DNA of 12,754 nt from a virus: the IMG/VR virus record IMGVR_UViG_3300023291_000078. One strand, written 5' to 3'. The notes beneath the pieces are model-generated. The model did not search any database. It worked only from the letters and a program-made list of their open reading frames with translations, and was not told where the DNA came from. Below, one piece after another: positions 1 through 7,807 of the stretch (positions are counted from its first letter, which is position 1; the number at the start of each line of letters is the position of its first letter). The position numbers and the translations under genes were made by a program.

Positions 1-141
1 TTGCTACGTCTTGTTCCAGTGTATTTGTTGCAGTGGTAATACGCACAATCAGCGCGTCAAAGTCAGCATTAGTAGCCATTAAGTTAATTCCTCTATTACG
101 ATTGGGGTTAGTTCGTGAAGCTCTCTAATTACAGCTTCAAA
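1..141. repeat. Left copy of an exact 141-bp direct repeat of the window ends (1-141 = 12614-12754). This is a circular-closure overlap, and the unit genome is 12,613 bp.
   Basis: Compared base by base: ttgctacgtcttgttccagtg...acagcttcaaa occurs at both ends. The repeat lies inside coding sequence: the first 26 codons of the fibre gene (1-79, minus) and the 3' end of the 166-aa gene. Confidence 0.95.
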
Positions 142-579
142 TGCGTCTACAAGATCAGGCATAGGCACAGGTGGCGGTATTGGTGTTTCTCCCGGTGTGG
201 TAGGAACAAACAAACAGTCATACTGATAGTGCTTAGGTGCCCGTCCAGCTTGTGTGTAGTCCTTACTTGCAATCACTGTATACCAGCCAGCAGCAGAACC
301 AACTTGTGTATTCCCTTCAATGTAGGCAAAGGTTTCTACTTGTGTTGCTTCTGGTGGAAGGTCTGGAAAGTCTGGTGCATTGCGTAAGTAGAGAGTTCGA
401 TAGTTCTTGTAACTTGTGGCGAACTGATCGAGTGTAAACATTGTTCCTTGTTTGAATGGTTGAATGTTACCCTTAATGAAGTATGGTTGTGTGATTACAC
501 TAATGAAGTCTCCACCAGAGTAGTACCCATACCGAGTTACAAAGGGAACCCAGTTTCTGTAAAATGCGGCTATGCTCAT
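79..579 (-). CDS. 166-aa virion structural protein; candidate head-tail joining or tail adaptor protein (function unassigned)
   Basis: Its start overlaps the terminase stop as ATGA (576-579), and its stop overlaps the fibre start as TAATG (77-81), so it is translationally coupled between TerL and the fibre. The C-terminus has a Pro-rich linker (PTTPGETPIPPPVPMP) followed by an acidic helix. I recognise no family motif with certainty. Confidence 0.55.
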   Translation of the reverse strand: MSIAAFYRNWVPFVTRYGYYSGGDFISVITQPYFIKGNIQPFKQGTMFTLDQFATSYKNYRTLYLRNAPDFPDLPPEATQVETFAYIEGNTQVGSAAGWYTVIASKDYTQAGRAPKHYQYDCLFVPTTPGETPIPPPVPMPDLVDAFEAVIRELHELTPIVIEELT

Positions 580-2069
580 AGTAGCGTACTACCTCCTAAG
601 CGTTTATATTGTGAACTGTTTACGTTCAATCGGATTGTTGGGATAAGTGAACCACCCGTACACATATTAAAACAAGAGGCTACTGCGTCCGTGATATCGT
701 CGTGCATTCCAGAACATTTAAGCCCGTCAAATGCTTCCATTTCTGCATAGTGATCTTTTGTAAATACGTTAGGTGCTACAAACACTTTTCCTTCTTGTAG
801 TGCAATTAGAAAGTTTTCAGCTCGTGCCAACTTACCTTTCCGTGTCGAATCAAGCACCGCCTTATGACCTAGTGCAGCCAATCGGGCTTTCTTCTGGTCT
901 GCTACCACCCTACCAGACGCACCAGCGTCAACAGGAATGGATATATAGCAATCTCTACCGTCTATTACCGCTGTAGTCTCGATTAGTGCAGATACCATTG
1001 CAGGACTGTCACGAAGCGATACCATGTCAAGAATATAAAAGTTACCTGTTGCCTTGTCATAACAACCTTTAACGCCCCGTGTCCAGTCGGGATCTTTGTT
1101 CCCAGCATGAGGCTTAGTAGAAGCAAGGTCATAACTGCGAACAGTTGGTAAACCTTTAGGAATGTCAGCCCATGCTAAATGTTTAAACCAGTCAGAATCT
1201 ATATAGCCGTCACCCTCACTTTTTATAAACCAGTTCCCCAGCAAGTTACGGGCACGCTCGATAGGCTTTTGGTTTTCAAGTTTGTGGACGTATGCAGGCA
1301 GATTCTTACGCACATATGGGTTATCGTATACGTTTGCGTTGTAGTAGCAAAACTTCTGTGCCATTACAGCCGTTTCCCTACCAACTTCTTTTTCCATTTC
1401 TTTGTAAGTCTTGTACCAACGGAACTCACCACCTAGTTGAATCATGTAAGTGGTAACACCGTCCATTTCTTTGATTGCGTATCCGTCTTCACCAACATAA
1501 CCAGCCTTCACCAACCAATCACAAAGAAAGGAGGTATTGAGGGGGTTACAAGTTAAACGTAGTTGGTGTTTCTGTTTACTCTTTGAACGCAAGCGTGAAG
1601 TTAGAAACCATACGTCTTCTTCTTTACACTGTTGTGATTCGTCAACTAAGAATTCTGTACATTGTGTACCATGCCAGTCTTCCACGTTATTGTATAAGTG
1701 GTGACACTTGACGATTGCACCACTAGGGAATGACCAGCTTGTTTCTATCTTGTTAGAGGTAATACCATAGGGTGCAAACAGTTTTAATCCTGTGTCCCAC
1801 AAGCTACCCGCCATTTTCATTTGTTTCTGTGATTGCCTAGCCACACCAGCAACATAATTAGAATCCCACATACCAGCGAGCATAAGCCGAATCAAACTTA
1901 ATTGGGTCTTGCCTGCCGCCATAGCGCCACCCCACACAATAATGTCATGGGTATTATCGTTAAGGTAGGTTTCTTGTTTAATGCTAAGAGGTGCTAGAAC
2001 TTCAATCTCTGATAGTGTTTCTTGATCTAAGTGGAACGTGTATTCTCTTACTTTCTTTGCAGCAGCCAT
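576..2069 (-). CDS. terL: Terminase large subunit
   Basis: 497 aa. It has Walker A GAMAAGKT (VWGGAMAAGKTQ), Walker B FLVDE, a TCNP coupling motif, and C-terminal nuclease acidic motifs (RSYDLAST and MHDDITDAV). The ATG has an AAGAGG SD 6 nt upstream. Confidence 0.93.
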   Translation of the reverse strand: MAAAKKVREYTFHLDQETLSEIEVLAPLSIKQETYLNDNTHDIIVWGGAMAAGKTQLSLIRLMLAGMWDSNYVAGVARQSQKQMKMAGSLWDTGLKLFAPYGITSNKIETSWSFPSGAIVKCHHLYNNVEDWHGTQCTEFLVDESQQCKEEDVWFLTSRLRSKSKQKHQLRLTCNPLNTSFLCDWLVKAGYVGEDGYAIKEMDGVTTYMIQLGGEFRWYKTYKEMEKEVGRETAVMAQKFCYYNANVYDNPYVRKNLPAYVHKLENQKPIERARNLLGNWFIKSEGDGYIDSDWFKHLAWADIPKGLPTVRSYDLASTKPHAGNKDPDWTRGVKGCYDKATGNFYILDMVSLRDSPAMVSALIETTAVIDGRDCYISIPVDAGASGRVVADQKKARLAALGHKAVLDSTRKGKLARAENFLIALQEGKVFVAPNVFTKDHYAEMEAFDGLKCSGMHDDITDAVASCFNMCTGGSLIPTIRLNVNSSQYKRLGGSTLL

Positions 2070-2092
2070 TGTTAGCCTCTTATTTTAGAAAC

Positions 2093-2130
2093 AAAAAAGG
2101 GGAAAGGAGGTTTTTAATCTCCCCTCCCCC
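2093..2130 (-). terminator. Rho-independent terminator between the capsid and terminase genes
   Basis: The minus strand reads GGGGAGGGGAG / 9-nt loop / CTCCTTTCCCC followed by TTTTTT. The stem pairs 2119-2129 with 2099-2109 (11 bp including 2 G-U pairs), and the T-tract is the complement of 2093-2098. Confidence 0.75.
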
Positions 2131-2142
2131 TGTGGGTTACAT

Positions 2143-3150
2143 TTAAACAGTCAGAGTAATCAGAACAGTAGCGCCGTATTGCTCGTTGATAACGAGGGTG
2201 CTTTGCTCAGATTCAACTTCAACGTAACGGTCTTTAGGATCGCGGTGCGAAGTTGCAAAACGCTTGCTACCAACACCACCCAAACCAGACAGGGTAGAAG
2301 CTGGGCCGTAGATTGCAGTACCAAGGCGAGTACGTGGAACCAGAACACCAGTGTTAGCAGCCAGAACAGTTACAGCAGCGCCAGTTTTGGTAACGAAAGA
2401 ATCGTCATACAGAACTACGTCTACGTTGCCATAACGGAACATGGTGTAGCCATTTGCAACAGTACCCAGTTCGTTACGCAGTGGATTACCAGCAGCTTGC
2501 GAGAACTGCCATGCTTGCAGTACGTCAGGGCTAGCAATGATTGCAGCGAACAGCTCAGGGCTTGCAAACAGTACATAACCTTGGATACGACCACCAGTTT
2601 GCAGGCCGGCTTTAGACTTGGCTTGTGCAGCTTGAATAGAGGCCAAGGCAGTAGCAGAGGTGAAGGCTTGAGTAGGACGGGTAACACCAAACTCGGCAGC
2701 CATGCTGATAGTGCCGTAGTGGGCAGTAACAACAACACCGTTAAGGGTCATTTGTGCTTTCAAGTATTCCTCATGGGTATCATGCAGGTCAGCTTGACGC
2801 TCAAGTTCAGCAGCAACAGCACCAGCAACAATTTGTTCAGCCTCAGAACCGAAAGCACGAACACCAGCAAGTTTCTCACGGCCAATAGTTTTAACAATTG
2901 GGTAGTGTGGGATTGCCAAAGTATGCAGGTCATAACCGCTTTCTTCGGTGCTGTTTTTCTGTGCTACGTTGCGCAGGTGATCGTCCAGAATGTAAAGGCT
3001 GTTAGCTTGTACGTCAAAAGACACAGCGTCAGTACGAACTACGTCTGTACCGTACAGACCCATTGCACCGATCAGACCCGGCTTGAATGGGATACGTTCG
3101 ATAGCTGCGGTTTGGTCAACTACTTGACCGTTGTTGATAAGAATTGCCAT
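2143..3150 (-). CDS. Major capsid protein (HK97 fold, lambda gpE-like by length and pattern)
   Basis: 335 aa, directly downstream of the scaffold and decoration genes. It has an AAGGAAA SD and very strong codon bias (a full-length antisense shadow ORF), and a strong terminator follows it. The family assignment is from memory of gpE-type proteins and was not searched. Confidence 0.85.
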   Translation of the reverse strand: MAILINNGQVVDQTAAIERIPFKPGLIGAMGLYGTDVVRTDAVSFDVQANSLYILDDHLRNVAQKNSTEESGYDLHTLAIPHYPIVKTIGREKLAGVRAFGSEAEQIVAGAVAAELERQADLHDTHEEYLKAQMTLNGVVVTAHYGTISMAAEFGVTRPTQAFTSATALASIQAAQAKSKAGLQTGGRIQGYVLFASPELFAAIIASPDVLQAWQFSQAAGNPLRNELGTVANGYTMFRYGNVDVVLYDDSFVTKTGAAVTVLAANTGVLVPRTRLGTAIYGPASTLSGLGGVGSKRFATSHRDPKDRYVEVESEQSTLVINEQYGATVLITLTV

Positions 3151-3183
3151 TGTGTATATTTCCTTTCTTAGATTAGTTTAAAA

Positions 3184-3510
3184 TTACTTGTTAACTACGA
3201 TAATGCCGACAGCAGCAAAATCAGCGTCATGGGTAGCAGCGACATAACCAGTCAGAGCTTGTGCATTAACAGTGGTAGGGTTGCCACGGGTCATAAGACG
3301 AACCCAAGTACCTACAGGCCATTGGCCGGAACCGTTTACAGCGGTAGGTTCTACAGCAGTGCTAACAATAGCAAAACCGTCACCATTAGCGACAACTTGA
3401 CCAGATACAGCAACAACAGCCAGTTGTACTTGATCGAATGGTACGTTGTAATCACCGTTCATTTGAACGAGGAAGTCTTCTTTATTACCGATAGTTGCAA
3501 TAACAGCCAT
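3184..3510 (-). CDS. Head decoration / cement protein candidate (DUF2190-like small beta protein)
   Basis: 108 aa, Gly/Val/Ala-rich, sitting between the scaffold and the major capsid gene. It shares the biased codon usage of the capsid gene and has a GAAGGT SD. Confidence 0.5.
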   Translation of the reverse strand: MAVIATIGNKEDFLVQMNGDYNVPFDQVQLAVVAVSGQVVANGDGFAIVSTAVEPTAVNGSGQWPVGTWVRLMTRGNPTTVNAQALTGYVAATHDADFAAVGIIVVNK

Positions 3511-3512
3511 TT

Positions 3513-3863
3513 TTATTTACCTTCATATTTTTTAGAGAGAATTTGATCTACAAGAGAGGCACTGTCGTCAGTGGTTTGTTCTTCTGTAGACTTATCAGGG
3601 GTTGTTTCTTGTTTAAACCAGTCTCCACCACTCATGGCTTCAATCTGGCGTTCTTTCGTTTCCAGCAGTTCAAAGACTTGGTTAAAACCGTCAACACCTT
3701 GCAGTTTCATAAAGACTGGGGCGAGTTCGTTAACTAGTTCTTCGTCATACAGAATGCCTTTCAACTTTGCTTTAATCTCAGCTTCAAGGGCACCCTTGTT
3801 ATCGTCTGCTTTATTCTTAGCACTGCCCATAAGGCGTTCTAATAGACTCGGTTTGTCACTCAT
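3513..3863 (-). CDS. Scaffolding protein candidate
   Basis: 116 aa, highly charged and predicted helical (KADDNKGALEAEIKAKLK..., acidic TTPDKSTEEQTTDD). It lies between the portal-side genes and the capsid gene, and its start overlaps the upstream stop as TAATG. Confidence 0.55.
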   Translation of the reverse strand: MSDKPSLLERLMGSAKNKADDNKGALEAEIKAKLKGILYDEELVNELAPVFMKLQGVDGFNQVFELLETKERQIEAMSGGDWFKQETTPDKSTEEQTTDDSASLVDQILSKKYEGK

Positions 3864-4246
3864 TAGTAATACTTCCTAAATTGGTTTGCTTCTTGTCCAA
3901 ATGCTTTATCAAAGTCACACCAGTTTTTCCGGTCACTGTGAATAACTACACTTGGTCTAGCAGTTGGTTTACGGTTTTTAAGACTCTCAAGCCTTTCAGT
4001 CAGTGCAGAAATAAGCGGGCCAGTTTCCGAGGCTTCGCCAATCTCCCACCGTTGAGGACTAAGAGCAATGTTATTAATGATACTTTCCAGCGCAAGAATA
4101 GAACCGTCTAAAACAGAGTTACCGGCTTGCTCATAAAACCAAACATAAATAGAATCCTCTAGATATGGTTCGTCCTCGATAAAGTCACCAGTGTTCAATC
4201 TCATTTGGTCTACAAAGTTGCTGGGGTCAAGATTCGTACTAGCCAT
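3863..4246 (-). CDS. 127-aa head-associated protein; candidate connector/adaptor or minor head protein
   Basis: Coupled by TAATG overlaps to the portal (upstream) and the scaffold (downstream), with an AAGGTGGG SD. The N-terminal half is acidic. I recognise no family. Confidence 0.4.
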   Translation of the reverse strand: MASTNLDPSNFVDQMRLNTGDFIEDEPYLEDSIYVWFYEQAGNSVLDGSILALESIINNIALSPQRWEIGEASETGPLISALTERLESLKNRKPTARPSVVIHSDRKNWCDFDKAFGQEANQFRKYY

Positions 4247-5556
4247 TAACCCACCTTATCCCCTGCACGGTCTGACTGATCAGCCGTTACAGCGTTGTTT
4301 AGCTTCTTGGTATAGTCAGCACTAGGAGCGTGCCCAGCTTCCCGGAAGAACGCTTCAAGGTCTTCTGTGGCAGTAACACCACCAGATTGAACCAGACGTT
4401 GCCAACCCTTTGTAAACTCGTCCCAGTCAAGAGGCTGTAGAGGTTCCCATTCCAAACCGGGGATACGATCTAAGCTCAAGCCGTTAAGTTCAAACGCGAT
4501 ACGGATAGCCTTTTTAAACTCTTGGCTAATTACCCGCTGTACGTTCTCGATAAACAAAGTCATAAGATAAGTGCTGTTGTCCGAGAGAGCGAAAGAACCA
4601 CCTCCTTCAGCGCCCATACTCAGAACCATAGTTTGCAGGCTCAACTGGATTTCTTGGTTGTAACGTGCAATAGCTTGACCAACGTTATAGTTTTGAGCAT
4701 TACCACCACTGCCACCTACTGTCTTAACTTCATACAGGTAAATGCCATTAGCGTTAGTGTCAGAACCAGTTAGAATGTAACTACCTTTACCAGCGTGCAA
4801 CATTTCTGCTTGTGTCAGCAAGTTGGCTACATAAATAGCTTCTTCACTGTTTGGTTCACTAAAGTATTTATTGATATGCTCGCTAGGTACTTTAATGTCC
4901 AGAACACCAGAAAGGTTTTTAGCTACGCCGATAGCTTCATACTCTTGCAGGATCTTTTTAGTTTTCCATGCTGTATATGCACCGTACAACAAACTTTTAC
5001 CTAGTGGAAAGTCTGCGTCTGGTTCAATACGGAAGAAAAGAATCTTAGAACCGCTAATGTCTTTCTGTGCTACGTCTACGTTGTAAACTAAGCCGTCATT
5101 ATCAGCAGGGTTAAGAAGCAACTTATCCAGCTTGCCCCCTTTCATTTGAAACTTTTCAACTGTGGTTAGGTGAATAGGGGAGATAGTTTTAAAAACGAAT
5201 TGCCCAGCTACACGCTCACACACTACTTCATTAAGACTGCAACCATAGTCAAGCATTTGCAACCAGTTACTAACCATACGCTTCTTGTCGTAATCTTCCA
5301 TTGTTTCCAGTGAAAGGTTAAGAGCGTCAATTAGTTTCTTTTCTTGCTGGTTACTCTTTGCATGATAAGGAATGGAGAACCCACCCTTACTAAGAAGTGC
5401 CTTAATAAAACTCATACTACCGGAGATAACACCGTCTAGTTTCATATCCCGATAAGTATAGAATGCTTGGTTAATCGAAAGATCATGTTTCCCAAGCTGT
5501 AATACTGTGTTTTCAATGTGTAGTGGCTTACTCTGTTGCGAGAGGTTAGCCGCCAT
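4246..5556 (-). CDS. Portal protein
   Basis: 436 aa, the first large gene of the head module and upstream of scaffold and capsid. It has Gly-rich loops (GGSGGN, GAEGGGS) and an acidic C-terminal tail. The AGGAGC SD and TAATG overlap couple it to the upstream ORF. The call rests on size, position and general pattern. Confidence 0.75.
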   Translation of the reverse strand: MAANLSQQSKPLHIENTVLQLGKHDLSINQAFYTYRDMKLDGVISGSMSFIKALLSKGGFSIPYHAKSNQQEKKLIDALNLSLETMEDYDKKRMVSNWLQMLDYGCSLNEVVCERVAGQFVFKTISPIHLTTVEKFQMKGGKLDKLLLNPADNDGLVYNVDVAQKDISGSKILFFRIEPDADFPLGKSLLYGAYTAWKTKKILQEYEAIGVAKNLSGVLDIKVPSEHINKYFSEPNSEEAIYVANLLTQAEMLHAGKGSYILTGSDTNANGIYLYEVKTVGGSGGNAQNYNVGQAIARYNQEIQLSLQTMVLSMGAEGGGSFALSDNSTYLMTLFIENVQRVISQEFKKAIRIAFELNGLSLDRIPGLEWEPLQPLDWDEFTKGWQRLVQSGGVTATEDLEAFFREAGHAPSADYTKKLNNAVTADQSDRAGDKVG

Positions 5557-5813
5557 TATTTTTCTTGCTCCTGTTTCGTTAAGTCAGTGGTTAGTTTTTT
5601 CAGCCAAGCGGCAAATACCATTTTGTAACAACCGCCATGTGCTGTGTATTGTTGTGTATATCGCCACAAGTATTCCAAGTCATTAGGGTGTGTATCTAGC
5701 ATATAGCGTAAATACTTTCTAAGTTCCGGGCTTGGGGTTTGGGTACACTCCTTGTTACTGAAACAGTGCAAGGGAATGTCTTGTTTAGTCTGATAAGGAC
5801 TCTTTGGTTTCAT
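5556..5813 (-). CDS. 85-aa hypothetical protein (possible small Cys/His metal-binding protein)
   Basis: ATGA overlap with the upstream gene and TAATG overlap with the portal. It carries HC..x5..C and HGGC residues. It is the only positional candidate for a small terminase, but no motif supports that. Confidence 0.55.
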   Translation of the reverse strand: MKPKSPYQTKQDIPLHCFSNKECTQTPSPELRKYLRYMLDTHPNDLEYLWRYTQQYTAHGGCYKMVFAAWLKKLTTDLTKQEQEK

Positions 5814-6328
5814 TGAATTGTTTCCTTAACTTTAATCAGCTTCCCAAGTTCACGCATAACGCTAACTTCAAGCTCTACGCCTTCACTACGGTCATACACT
5901 CGATTGTAAGAGCGGTTCTTAGCTTCTGTAGCGGGTTTGGTTGACCACTTGCGTAGAGTGTTCTTGTTAGCTTCTACCCAATCCTTGAGTACAACAGATT
6001 CAATTACTGCCCAAGTGTCACCATACTCAGCAGTCCAGATACGCCAGAAGTAATAGTCTGACTCGTTGGTGTAGAAACAACCGTTACGCTTTGCACCAGT
6101 GCGAGTATTAATAGTGGTTAGTTCCAACTGTACCGAAGTCCACCCTTTTGAAGTGCCCCGCAATTGGTCTTTAACAGAGCAACTTTTAATCGTTCCGTCT
6201 TTAGCAGTAATAAACAAATCAATGTCTTTGTATTGGTCTTGCTTTACGTTGGTTAGCTTACCGTTGAACTGGCTAGCACAGATTGCCTCAGCTTTGAAGC
6301 CTTCACCGTCAAATTTAATTGCTTGCAT
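5810..6328 (-). CDS. 172-aa hypothetical protein; weak PD-(D/E)xK nuclease-like motif pattern
   Basis: Strong GGAGGG SD 6 nt upstream of the ATG. The pattern is E(13)...DIDLF...CSVKDQ...VQLEL, which resembles the E / D / (D,E,S)xK core of restriction-endonuclease-fold proteins. This is pattern-level evidence only. Confidence 0.55.
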   Translation of the reverse strand: MQAIKFDGEGFKAEAICASQFNGKLTNVKQDQYKDIDLFITAKDGTIKSCSVKDQLRGTSKGWTSVQLELTTINTRTGAKRNGCFYTNESDYYFWRIWTAEYGDTWAVIESVVLKDWVEANKNTLRKWSTKPATEAKNRSYNRVYDRSEGVELEVSVMRELGKLIKVKETIQ

Positions 6329-6404
6329 TTTTCACCCTCCAAGGGCATGATATGTAATAAGTGGGGAGTCTATCCCCTGTGGTTTTAAAAACGTTTAGAC
6401 ACGA

Positions 6405-6424
6405 CAAAACCCCCAAGAAGGAGG
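6405..6424 (-). terminator. Weak candidate intrinsic terminator downstream of the 52-aa ORF
   Basis: The minus strand reads CCTCC-TTCTT-GGGGG followed by TTTTG. That is a 5-bp stem with one G-U pair and a short T-run. Confidence 0.3.
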
Positions 6425-6564
6425 TTATTTATTCCGCGTATTGCTACAGGTCTAAATAATGTATTGGCCTTTCAGCCCTAATTGAATTCGCGGCGTAGGC
6501 ACCACACTAACCATGTCCTACACATAGACACCATACTGTGTCCCTCTCCACCACTTACACACAG

Positions 6565-6723
6565 TCACAAGACTGGTGCTCTTTCGTCTAGTGGCAGACT
6601 CATTTGTTCCAGAATCCACCACTCTACATTCTTACCTTCTTTCGCCAATGACTCTAGAAACTTGTCACTGTACTTACGTCTTACTTGCCGGAAGTTCTCG
6701 CCAGTTACTATGTCAAGTCTCAT
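6565..6723 (-). CDS. 52-aa hypothetical protein (below the ORF-track size cutoff)
   Basis: ATG at 6721-6723 (complement) with a purine-rich AAGAAAGAG about 9 nt upstream, and a TGA stop at 6565-6567. Translation: MRLDIVTGENFRQVRRKYSDKFLESLAKEGKNVEWWILEQMSLPLDERAPVL. It lies directly downstream of a near-consensus promoter. Confidence 0.55.
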   Translation of the reverse strand: MRLDIVTGENFRQVRRKYSDKFLESLAKEGKNVEWWILEQMSLPLDERAPVL

Positions 6724-6753
6724 AACACCAACTCTTTCTTGGGTTGAGCATAG

Positions 6754-6783
6754 ATTGTATCAGTTACATACACTTCCTGTCAA
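6754..6783 (-). promoter_or_regulatory. Near-consensus sigma70-type promoter (TTGACA-18 bp-TACAAT) reading into the 52-aa ORF
   Basis: On the minus strand the -35 TTGACA is the complement of 6778-6783 and the -10 TACAAT is the complement of 6754-6759. The spacer is 18 bp, and the predicted start is about 24 nt upstream of the ATG at 6723. Confidence 0.6.
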
Positions 6784-6801
6784 GTCTTTTGAAACTTTAT
6801 T

Positions 6802-7692
6802 TTAACTTTGTTGCCACCCTTGGTAATATTCAGCACCAAAGCAAGGCATGTTAATGTAATCAGGTTCCCAAACTTCTAAAGCTGGTACATGATACTCACT
6901 AATGTCTTTACCAACATTGTTTGCAAACCAAGCCTCAAACCCTACGTCAATAACTTCATGCTTCTTAGCTGGCTTGTTCCACCAGTCACCAGAAGTAAAG
7001 TTCTCTTTCTCTCCCATTGCTGAATCACAACGGTCGTCTTCATACCACTCAGCACCCTTAAACTTCTCTGTAATGTCAAACACAGGGCCAGTGTACGGCG
7101 CAGGGGGACCAACAAAGGGGATATACAGCGCGTTGTATTGGGTTTGAGGATCAACCTTGTAGTAGGTCTTGTTAGCACTAGGAATACCGCTAGCACGTCC
7201 CTTATACCCAAGCAAAGGAGCAACAAACAGCTTAATGAATCCCTTCTTACAGTCTTGTACTTGTACCCACTGATCTACTTGTTTGAGCTTGCGAGCTAGT
7301 GACTTGTCGTCAACACTCAACTTTGCACAAAGGAAAGAACGCTTACACAAAATAATGTTCTTGTATGTAATGCAATCTACAAGCTGTTTAAGGAACGCAT
7401 ACTGTGTGTTAGAAATTAAGGCTTTCTGTTTCAGAGTGCGGACACGGTAATCATTTTCTTTCTTGAACCACGTAAGGTCTGACTTTACTTTCAAACCCCG
7501 TTGGTCTGTTGTGTACTTCATAACGTCTGCAAGCTGGTCAGGGTCTGTACAATCATGCGCTGTACGCTGTGTTGCACTGTACATACGTTTGTCTTCTGCA
7601 CTCACAACAGAGCTGAATACTTCATACACCAAAGGAATGAGTTCACCTGTTTGTGTGTCTACTACGTTCTTACCTACTACTGTCATGCTCAT
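6802..7692 (-). CDS. 296-aa hypothetical protein; candidate DNA-binding / replication-initiator protein
   Basis: AAAGAGGTG SD 6 nt upstream of the ATG. The central segment (TQYAFLKQLVDCITYKNIILCKRSFLCAKLSVDDKSLARKLKQVDQWV) looks like a (winged) helix-turn-helix. The C-terminal third is Trp/Tyr-rich. It is the largest early gene in a genome with no polymerase. The function is inferred. Confidence 0.6.
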   Translation of the reverse strand: MSMTVVGKNVVDTQTGELIPLVYEVFSSVVSAEDKRMYSATQRTAHDCTDPDQLADVMKYTTDQRGLKVKSDLTWFKKENDYRVRTLKQKALISNTQYAFLKQLVDCITYKNIILCKRSFLCAKLSVDDKSLARKLKQVDQWVQVQDCKKGFIKLFVAPLLGYKGRASGIPSANKTYYKVDPQTQYNALYIPFVGPPAPYTGPVFDITEKFKGAEWYEDDRCDSAMGEKENFTSGDWWNKPAKKHEVIDVGFEAWFANNVGKDISEYHVPALEVWEPDYINMPCFGAEYYQGWQQS

Positions 7693-7807
7693 GTTTACAC
7701 CTCTTTAGGTTTGTGTTTTGACGCGGTATTTGAGAAAAGTGCGGATAAATCAGGCTACAGGCCACGGTTTATAAGGGGCGTTGTAGTTTTCTTATTATAT
7801 ATAAAGA

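Noticed and set aside
1-141. The 141-bp end repeat as a genuine physical direct terminal repeat (DTR) of a linear genome
   Set aside because: Both boundaries fall inside coding sequence (the fibre N-terminus and the 166-aa C-terminus), not at a non-coding terminus. 141 is also the default maximum k of a common metagenome assembler. It is best read as a circular-closure overlap, meaning a circular or circularly permuted genome.
2179-3171. 330-aa plus-strand ORF covering the whole capsid gene in antisense, with same-strand alternative-frame ORFs at 2421-2738 and 2160-2348
   Set aside because: The translation is low-complexity Ser/Thr/Asn/Cys-rich, with no SD or promoter. This is the classic shadow ORF produced by the strong codon bias of a highly expressed gene.
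6361-6385. Hairpin GGGGA-gtcta-TCCCC upstream of the 172-aa gene as a terminator
   Set aside because: It is a 5-bp stem without a convincing U-tract on the minus strand. The shared CCCCTGTGG with the 2127 terminator arm is only a 9-mer, which is chance level.
6482-6805. 107-aa plus-strand ORF (TTG start) in the 6329-6801 gap
   Set aside because: It has a non-ATG start without an SD, and a His/Ser/Leu-rich implausible translation. It is antisense to a minus-strand 52-aa ORF that has a promoter and an SD.
7740-7748. DnaA-box-like TTATCCGCA (minus strand) between the RHH and 296-aa genes
   Set aside because: It is a single 8/9 match with no cluster, which is expected by chance.
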